The position numbers and the translations under genes were made by a program. A stretch of DNA of 39,508 bases from Clostridia bacterium (GTDB lineage: Bacteria > Bacillota > Clostridia > UMGS1883): NCBI GenBank assembly GCA_051866635.1, contig JBJDXJ010000031.1, positions 1 through 39,508 on the forward strand, read 5' to 3'. The notes beneath the pieces are model-generated. The model was not told where the DNA came from, made no database searches, and saw only the letters and a program-made list of their open reading frames with translations. Below, piece by piece: positions 31,078-37,693 of the stretch. Numbering within the stretch: the first letter of the stretch is position 1; each line of letters starts with the position of its first letter.

Positions 31078-32481
31078 ATGGAAATAGTAACAATAGGTCA
31101 CGATGCCGAAAATGCGGTAAGACAGATAATGCAACTGTTTTTTTCCTTGGATGATAATATTAAAGTGGAAAGCAGCCTTGAACATAATAAGGCTAAGGCG
31201 ACAATATTTTCATCGGGCAAAACCTATGACGGTTACGCAGTGGCAAGCTGTGATGAAAAGCTTTATATTACAAATGCAATTAAAAAATCTGTCTTTTACG
31301 CCGCAAAACAGCTTTCAGATATGCCTACCCCGTGGGGGATTTCCACAGGTATTCGTCCTGCAAAAAATGTAAACAGGCTAAAGGAAGCAGGCTTTGATGA
31401 AAAGTATATTATAAACCATTTAAAAGAGGAATACTTAATGGAGGATAATAAGGTTTCTCTTAGTATGTTTGTGGCAGAAAAGGAAAGACATATTATTGAC
31501 AATATGTACTCCGACGGGGTAAGCCTTTATGTTGGTATTCCCTTTTGTCCTTCAAGATGTTCATATTGCTCCTTTATAAGTCAGGCAACAGAACATAATA
31601 ATAAATTTATAACGCCCTATACCGATGCACTTTTAACTGAAATTGAATACACGGGAAAAAGGCTTAAAGAGATAAACAGACGGGTTGAAAGCGTATATTT
31701 CGGCGGAGGAACCCCCACCGCCATAGATGTGGACTTGCTCAAGAAAATCATATTAAAAATAGGTGAATGTTTCGATTTGTCCCATGTGAAAGAATTTTGT
31801 GTGGAAGCGGGACGGCCCGACACTTTTTCAAAAGAAATGATGGATATGCTTGTGAAAAACGGTGTTGACCGCATAAGCATAAACCCCCAATCAATGCACC
31901 GGAAAACACTGGACACTGTTGGTAGGAGACACAGCGTAGAAGATATTTACAAAGCCTTTTACCTTGCCCGTGAAGCAGGCATTAAAAGCATAAATGCAGA
32001 CCTTATTGCAGGGCTTCCGGGCGAAGATGAATATATGATGGAATACAGCCTAAAGAAAATTTTACAGGAGAAACCTAACTCTGTTACCATTCATACACTG
32101 TATATGAAGCGTGCTTCTTATATGATTGATGAATTTTCTACACTAAGGTTTGCAAAGAACACTGCAAAAATGGTTGATGAAAGCTCCAAAATATTGACAC
32201 ATGAAGGTTTTGAACCCTATTATATGTATAAGCAAAGAAATACTTTGGGGAACCTTGAAAATGTAAGCTATGCACAAAAGGGTCATGAATGTATATACAA
32301 CGTGTATATAATGGAGGAGGTACAGCCCATTATCGCACTTGGTGCAGGCGGGTCCACAAAAATGGTAAAAGGCGATGTTATTGAAAGGGTTTACAACCCC
32401 AAAGATGCAAGCGACTATACAAAACGTATAAAGGAAGTAATTCAAAGAAAAGATGCTTTCTTTGAATTTTATAAAAAATAA
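31078..32481 (+). CDS. hemZ: HemN/HemZ-family radical SAM protein
   Basis: PWGISTGIRP, IPFCPSRCSYCSF (CxxxCxxC), YFGGGTPT, EAGRPD, YYMYKQ; clostridial rel-MBL-hemZ synteny. Confidence 0.9.
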   Translation: MEIVTIGHDAENAVRQIMQLFFSLDDNIKVESSLEHNKAKATIFSSGKTYDGYAVASCDEKLYITNAIKKSVFYAAKQLSDMPTPWGISTGIRPAKNVNRLKEAGFDEKYIINHLKEEYLMEDNKVSLSMFVAEKERHIIDNMYSDGVSLYVGIPFCPSRCSYCSFISQATEHNNKFITPYTDALLTEIEYTGKRLKEINRRVESVYFGGGTPTAIDVDLLKKIILKIGECFDLSHVKEFCVEAGRPDTFSKEMMDMLVKNGVDRISINPQSMHRKTLDTVGRRHSVEDIYKAFYLAREAGIKSINADLIAGLPGEDEYMMEYSLKKILQEKPNSVTIHTLYMKRASYMIDEFSTLRFAKNTAKMVDESSKILTHEGFEPYYMYKQRNTLGNLENVSYAQKGHECIYNVYIMEEVQPIIALGAGGSTKMVKGDVIERVYNPKDASDYTKRIKEVIQRKDAFFEFYKK

Positions 32482-32498
32482 GAAAGGGGAAAATATAA

Positions 32499-32858
32499 AT
32501 GGCATTTTTAGATGAATTAAAGGATATGGCAACAGATGCCGCACAGGTGGCAAGCAAAAAGGTTAATGATGTCTATGCTGTTACAAAGGTAAAAATGGAC
32601 ATATCCGAAAACAAAAGCAAAATTCGTGCTTTGTACCGTGAACTGGGCGAAATGGTTTACAAAGCATCGAAGGGCGAAGTGGAGGAAGACAGCAACGCAA
32701 TCGAGGACAAAATTGCGGAAATAAGCCTTGTAATGGATGCCTTGGAGGAGCTTAACGAGGCAGAAAGACATATTAAAAAGGTAAAGGTTTGCCCCACTTG
32801 TAAGGAACAGATAGACGAAAAATCAGCCTATTGCCCCAGGTGTGGCAACGAGGTTTAA
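32499..32858 (+). CDS. Coiled-coil protein with C-terminal zinc ribbon
   Basis: Helical N-terminus; CPTC...YCPRCG. Confidence 0.8.
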   Translation: MAFLDELKDMATDAAQVASKKVNDVYAVTKVKMDISENKSKIRALYRELGEMVYKASKGEVEEDSNAIEDKIAEISLVMDALEELNEAERHIKKVKVCPTCKEQIDEKSAYCPRCGNEV

Positions 32859-32887
32859 AAGGTGAATGTAAAGTAGGAGGTATACTT

Positions 32888-33244
32888 ATGAAAATAACTG
32901 TGAAAAAAACAGCAGTCGGTGTTCTTGCGGCGGCGATTGTGCTTTCTGTGGGAGCAGGTGCATTTGCGGCAGATAAAGTCTGCATAAGAAATTTCAAATG
33001 CCAAGATAGCGTTTGTGAATATGCCGAAAACATCTGTATCCATGGAGATATGGACTCTGACGGCATTTGTGACTGCGGAAAAAATAACTGCAACTATGTT
33101 GACGCTGACGGCGACGGCGTGTGCGATAATGTGAAAGCCGAATGTAAATTAGGCGAAGGTAAAGGTTTAGGCTTGGGACACACTAAGCACGCTATGGATA
33201 ATTGTGGCAACGGCCACAGTAAAGGTCACGGTAAGTGCAAATAA
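32888..33244 (+). CDS. Secreted Cys-rich protein with DxDxDGxCD motifs
   Basis: ATG after AGGAGG; signal peptide ending AFA; DMDSDGICD and DADGDGVCD; Gly/His tail. Confidence 0.75.
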   Translation: MKITVKKTAVGVLAAAIVLSVGAGAFAADKVCIRNFKCQDSVCEYAENICIHGDMDSDGICDCGKNNCNYVDADGDGVCDNVKAECKLGEGKGLGLGHTKHAMDNCGNGHSKGHGKCK

Positions 33245-33245
33245 G

Positions 33246-33310
33246 AACAAAGTGTCTCCTCACTTTTGGCAATAGCTTAGCTAAGGTAGACAGAGGAGAA
33301 AACACTTTGT
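33246..33310 (+). repeat. Left 65-bp boundary hairpin element
   Basis: Inverted copy at 37441-37506; shared blocks AACAAAGTGTCTCC, GCAATAGCTTAGCTAAGGTA, AAAACACTTTGT. Confidence 0.88.
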
Positions 33311-33313
33311 AAT

Positions 33314-33365
33314 GCCATGTGCGTTTTCCGAGTTTTCGAGGAAATTCTCGCACGGCAATAAAATC
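33314..33365 (+). repeat. Imperfect hairpin element, copy 2
   Basis: GCCATGTGCGTTTT...GGAAATTCTCGCACGGCAATAAAATC; see 30301-30356. Confidence 0.65.
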
Positions 33366-33375
33366 AAAATTTATT

Positions 33376-33418
33376 TTTTTACATTATAGGAAATGAGGAA
33401 TTTCCTATAATGTAAAAA
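33376..33418. repeat. 19-bp perfect inverted repeat (possible terminator)
   Basis: TTTTTACATTATAGGAAAT-gagga-ATTTCCTATAATGTAAAAA. Confidence 0.85.
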
Positions 33419-33438
33419 GCATTTAAAATCCATATAAT

Positions 33439-33480
33439 AAAAATGGAGTAGCTCCAAAATTTTGGAGCTACTCCATTTTT
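33439..33480. repeat. Spacerless 42-bp perfect palindrome (possible bidirectional terminator)
   Basis: AAAAATGGAGTAGCTCCAAAA|TTTTGGAGCTACTCCATTTTT. Confidence 0.88.
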
Positions 33481-33597
33481 TTGTTATCCAACCTTATACA
33501 TAATAATATTAACAGTAAATGTTAAAATTCATTGATATCCTCTAATAGTATGTTTTTGTAAGTGGTAGAATACATAGAGGAAAGGAAGTTGATTTGA

Positions 33598-34437
33598 ATG
33601 AGAAAAATCACAAATGAGCTAATTCATAGCTTTAAAAACTATTTAATTGAGGAGGAAAAAAGCGAAAACACCGTAGAAAAATATATCCGTGATATTACCT
33701 TTTTTATGGCTTGGCTTTGCGGCAAAGAAGTAACAAAAATATTGGCTTTGGAGTATAAAAAGGAACTTTGCGAAAAATATGCCCCTGCAAGTGTAAATAG
33801 CGTAATATCTTCCCTAAACAGCTTTTTTGCATTTATGGAATGGCATGATGTACGCATAAAGGCACTAAAAATACAAAGGCAGATATTTTCAAGCAAAGAC
33901 AAGGAACTGACCAAAGCTGAATATGAAAGACTACTCACAGCAGCTAAAAGCAAAAAGAATGAAAGATTATATTACCTTATACAGACAATTTGTTCAACGG
34001 GCATCCGTGTAAGCGAATTACGCCACATTACCATATCAGCCGTGAAATCAGGACAAGCCGCAATAAATTGCAAAGGCAAAATGCGTGTGGTAATACTTCC
34101 AAAAGAGCTATGTAAAATGTTAAAGGTATATATTAAAGAAAATAATATTAAAAACGGTTCCGTATTCGTAAGCAGAAACGGCAAACCCTTGGACAGAAGT
34201 TATATATGGAAGATGTTAAAAGCATTATGCGACACTGCCGGAGTGTCAAAGGACAAGGTGTTTCCGCACAATTTTCGTCATCTTTTTGCAAGAACTTATT
34301 ACAGCTTGCAGAAAGACGTGGTAAGACTTGCCGATATATTAGGACATTCTTCCGTAAACACTACAAGGATTTATACAATGAGCACGAGCGAGGTACACCG
34401 CAAGCAAATACAAAAGCTTGGGCTTTTAAGGTGTTAA
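33598..34437 (+). CDS. Tyrosine recombinase (Xer/Fim-like, putative invertase)
   Basis: 279 aa; TGIRVSE (R), FPHNFRH (HxxR), LGHSS...TTRIY (H, Y) catalytic residues intact. Confidence 0.93.
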   Translation: MRKITNELIHSFKNYLIEEEKSENTVEKYIRDITFFMAWLCGKEVTKILALEYKKELCEKYAPASVNSVISSLNSFFAFMEWHDVRIKALKIQRQIFSSKDKELTKAEYERLLTAAKSKKNERLYYLIQTICSTGIRVSELRHITISAVKSGQAAINCKGKMRVVILPKELCKMLKVYIKENNIKNGSVFVSRNGKPLDRSYIWKMLKALCDTAGVSKDKVFPHNFRHLFARTYYSLQKDVVRLADILGHSSVNTTRIYTMSTSEVHRKQIQKLGLLRC

Positions 34438-34447
34438 AATAAAAAAG

Positions 34448-34471
34448 CCACATAATTGTGATTATGTGGAA
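34448..34471 (+). repeat. Left recombination site (IRL) of the invertible segment
   Basis: CCACATAAT-TGTG-ATTATGTGG-AA; 22 bp perfectly inverted at 34697-34718. Confidence 0.88.
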
Positions 34472-34506
34472 CGCTTATATAAATAAACTTGTTACATATT
34501 TACTTA

Positions 34507-34534
34507 ATTCTAACATACATAGTCAAAAAGTCAA
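34507..34534 (-). promoter_or_regulatory. SigmaA-type promoter inside the invertible segment, facing away from the peptide gene
   Basis: Minus strand TTGACT-16 bp-TAGAAT with TGn extension. Confidence 0.65.
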
Positions 34535-34696
34535 TAGTTTTAGCAAAATTTACAAGAAAATCTCTATAGGTGCACAATAAAACTCTAATATGCATAAAAA
34601 ACGACATCAAAAATCGACCGATGAAAATTAATTGACTAACATCGGTCTTGTTTTCATGTCTAAAATTACTAATACAGGCACTTATTTGTTATATTT

Positions 34697-34720
34697 TTCC
34701 ACATAATCACAATTATGTAG
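34697..34720 (-). repeat. Right recombination site (IRR) of the invertible segment
   Basis: TTCCACATAAT-CACA-ATTATGTAG; reverse complement of IRL at 23 of 24 positions. Confidence 0.88.
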
Positions 34721-34801
34721 TAATATATAATTTTTTGTTATAAAGCGACTATTCCGCTTTATATATTATTTATTTCTTTTAAAGGGGAGGTGAAATGAAA
34801 T

Positions 34802-35011
34802 ATGAAAACAATGAATACTGTAGAAATGCAATTAGTAAATGCTGGAGCCACATATGCAACTTGTCCTGTTTGTGGATATTCACGTAAACTTTATTGGACT
34901 GAATCAATTTTAGGTAAAAAAGCCGGTATTAAAAGAGCAGAGTTTAGCCTTAGTGTCCAGCACCAGAAAATAGGAAAAGCTACTAACAAAAGCAAATCTG
35001 TCCATAATTAA
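34802..35011 (+). CDS. Double-glycine-type leader peptide precursor (bacteriocin- or pheromone-like)
   Basis: Leader MKTMNTVEMQLVNAG, cationic core with CPVC; RBS GGAGG; adjacent to a C39 exporter. Confidence 0.78.
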   Translation: MKTMNTVEMQLVNAGATYATCPVCGYSRKLYWTESILGKKAGIKRAEFSLSVQHQKIGKATNKSKSVHN

Positions 35012-35108
35012 ATATTATAAGATACTATAGGATATTTTAATAACAATAATAAAGCAATAGAATAGTTATTGCTTTATTATATAAAATTGAAATAAAGGAC
35101 AATTGTAA

Positions 35109-37265
35109 ATGTTTAAATATGTAAAACAACACGATATAAAAGATTGTGGTGCCGCTTGTCTTTCAATGATATGCAGATATTATAAATTAAAACTGCCTAT
35201 GGCAAGATTTAGAGAGCTTATTAAGGTTGACAACAACGGAGCAAACATATATGGCATCGTTGATGGTGCAAAAAAATTAGGTTTGAAAGCAACAGCGTTA
35301 CAAGGTAATGCTGATGAATTTATAGATAGTGTTCAAAAAAAGGAGTTTTCTTTTCCTGTCATTGCAAGGGTTATAATTGATGAAGTGTTGGAGCATTATG
35401 TAGTTGTATATAAAATGACAACCAGATACATATATGTTGCTGACCCCGGCAGAGGAAAGAAAAAGTATAAATATGATGAATTTTTTAATATTTGGACAGG
35501 ACACATTGTAACATTTGAAAAAACAGCGAATTTCAAAGAAGCAAATGAATGTAAAGGCACACTCACACGATTTGTTAAATTAGTAACCAATCAAAAGAAA
35601 TTACTTGTTGCGGTTTTCTTTATTTCGCTCATAATTTCCTTAATTAGTGTGTTGGGTGCTTTTATTTTTCAGATAATAATTGATGGCATTGAAACCGGGC
35701 AAACAGACGGCTTTTTAGGTTTAACTTTAGGTCAGATTTGCATTGGAATAATGGTATTGTATTTATTCCAAATGATTATAAATATTCTAAGGGGATATTT
35801 TCTGTCTGTTCTATCAAAAAATGTGGATTTACCACTTATGTTAAACTATTATAATCACATTGCAGATTTGCCAATTAAACAATTAAGCGGAAGAAAAACA
35901 GGAGAACTGATGTCACGCTTCAATGATGCATCAAGCATTAAAGATGCTATTTCAAGTGCGACACTATCCCTTATGCTTGACACACTTATGGTTGTTCTAT
36001 GTGTATTTATATTATATGCACTTAATCCTATCTTGTTTTTTATTACATTATTTACCGTTATAGCGTATGCAGTAGTTGTTATTTGCTTTCTCAATCCCAT
36101 AAAGAATATTAACGAAAAACTTATGGAAGAAAATGCTGAGGTAACATCGTACTTAAAAGAATCGGTTGACGGAATTGAAACCGTAAAGGCTTTTGGAGCT
36201 GAAAATATAATAAAAGAAAAGACTGCAAGCAAATTTACAAAGTTTGTCCAAAAATCTATGAAAGGCTCTATTATTTACACCATACAGGACAGCTTATCGG
36301 GATTAGTAGCTTCTGTTGGAGTTATTATTCTTCTTTGGTGTGGAACAATGCTTGTAATGAAAGATATTATTTCGCTTGGAACTTTGATAACATTTTATTC
36401 GTTGCTTGGATATTTTTTAGACCCAATTCAGAGTTTGATAAATTTACAGCCTGAAATTCAAACTGCGGTTGTTGCAGCTGACAGATTAAATGATATTCTT
36501 GATTTGGAAACAGAAAGTGAAACAACAGACAAATTAGAACTTGATAATAATATTGACATAAAAAATGTTAGTTTTAGATATGGGAATAGAGAGCTTGTAT
36601 TACAGAATATTGATATGACGATTGCACAAGGCGAAACGGTAGCATTAGTCGGTGAAAGCGGTTCGGGAAAAACAACGCTTGCTAAGCTGATTATGGCATT
36701 TTATGAGCCGGAAGAAGGACAGGTTTATATCGGTGGAAAAAACATAGCTGAATTAAATTCCCGAAGTGTTAGAGAAAATATTGCATATATTTCACAAGAT
36801 GTATTTCTTTTCTCTGATTCCATAAAAAATAATCTTACTCTTGGCAACAAGGACATCGCTATGGAAGAAATTGAAAAGGCTTGTAAATTAAGTATGGCAG
36901 ATGAATTTATTAAGAAAATGCCTATGGGTTATAACACGCTCATTGGTGAAAACGGACACGATTTATCCGGAGGTCAAAAACAGCGACTTGCAATAGCAAG
37001 AGCCTTATTAAAAAAACCAAAGATACTTATTATGGACGAAGCTACAAGTAACCTTGATACTGTAACAGAAAAAAGTATTAAAGAAACTATCAATAATCTA
37101 AGCGGGGATATCACTTGTATAATTATAGCTCACCGATTAAGTACAATAAAAAACTGTGATAAGATTTATGTTATGAATAGAGGAATTATTGTTGAAAGCG
37201 GAAATCACGATGAATTGGTAAAAAAGAATGGACTGTATAAAAAGTTTTATAATGAAAATGTGTAA
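35109..37265 (+). CDS. Peptidase-containing ABC transporter (C39 + TMD + ATPase)
   Basis: QHDIKDCGAAC, HYVVV, ADPG; TM segments; GESGSGKT, LSGGQKQR, IMDEATS. Confidence 0.96.
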   Translation: MFKYVKQHDIKDCGAACLSMICRYYKLKLPMARFRELIKVDNNGANIYGIVDGAKKLGLKATALQGNADEFIDSVQKKEFSFPVIARVIIDEVLEHYVVVYKMTTRYIYVADPGRGKKKYKYDEFFNIWTGHIVTFEKTANFKEANECKGTLTRFVKLVTNQKKLLVAVFFISLIISLISVLGAFIFQIIIDGIETGQTDGFLGLTLGQICIGIMVLYLFQMIINILRGYFLSVLSKNVDLPLMLNYYNHIADLPIKQLSGRKTGELMSRFNDASSIKDAISSATLSLMLDTLMVVLCVFILYALNPILFFITLFTVIAYAVVVICFLNPIKNINEKLMEENAEVTSYLKESVDGIETVKAFGAENIIKEKTASKFTKFVQKSMKGSIIYTIQDSLSGLVASVGVIILLWCGTMLVMKDIISLGTLITFYSLLGYFLDPIQSLINLQPEIQTAVVAADRLNDILDLETESETTDKLELDNNIDIKNVSFRYGNRELVLQNIDMTIAQGETVALVGESGSGKTTLAKLIMAFYEPEEGQVYIGGKNIAELNSRSVRENIAYISQDVFLFSDSIKNNLTLGNKDIAMEEIEKACKLSMADEFIKKMPMGYNTLIGENGHDLSGGQKQRLAIARALLKKPKILIMDEATSNLDTVTEKSIKETINNLSGDITCIIIAHRLSTIKNCDKIYVMNRGIIVESGNHDELVKKNGLYKKFYNENV

Positions 37266-37440
37266 AGGAACGAAATAACTATAAAAAATAGCTTTGATTA
37301 TTGTTGCGGCTTTAATTGTATTAGATATAAAAAGATTATGGAGCTGATGGAGGTGCTGTTAAATGGCAAAAAAAGAAGTTAAAACAGATTTATATGCTTT
37401 CTAAAATCAATTTTCTCGCAATTATAAATGCACACATATA

Positions 37441-37506
37441 ACAAAGTGTTTTGCCTCTCTTTACCTTAGCTAAGCTATTGCAAAAGAGTAATGGAGACAC
37501 TTTGTT
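37441..37506 (-). repeat. Right 66-bp boundary hairpin element
   Basis: Reverse complement aligns with 33246-33310. Confidence 0.88.
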
Positions 37507-37693
37507 TTTTTATTAATAAAATGTTCATAGAATAAAAATGGTTTAAACATGAATAGGCTTTATCATATGCTGTAAGAGTGAATTATAATGCAAATGGCAA
37601 CATGAATATAATTCATTATACAACCTTGCCCGCCACCGCAAGGCTGTAGTAAGTTTTATTTCTACTTGTGGCAGAAAGGCTATGTGGATTATC

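Larger units (their letters stand above)
33246..37506. mobile_element. Putative ~4.2-kb acquired island (recombinase, invertible switch, peptide, exporter)
   Basis: Visibly more AT-rich than flanks, bounded by inverted elements, carries a tyrosine recombinase; mobility itself is not shown. Confidence 0.55.

Noticed and set aside
31078-32481. Radical SAM protein as maturase for the island peptide
   Set aside because: HemZ-type housekeeping gene in its usual synteny, with no RRE or SPASM domain, and outside the island
33246-33310. Integron attC interpretation of the boundary hairpins
   Set aside because: Copies are inverted rather than a direct array, the R-box consensus is incomplete, and the short recombinase shows no evident IntI-specific insertion
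33246-33480. CRISPR array
   Set aside because: Palindromes differ from each other, there is no repeat-spacer periodicity and no cas genes
34448-34471. Chromosomal dif site with XerC/D
   Set aside because: Does not match the dif consensus, occurs as an inverted pair, and lies near the ribosomal cluster, which is usually origin-proximal
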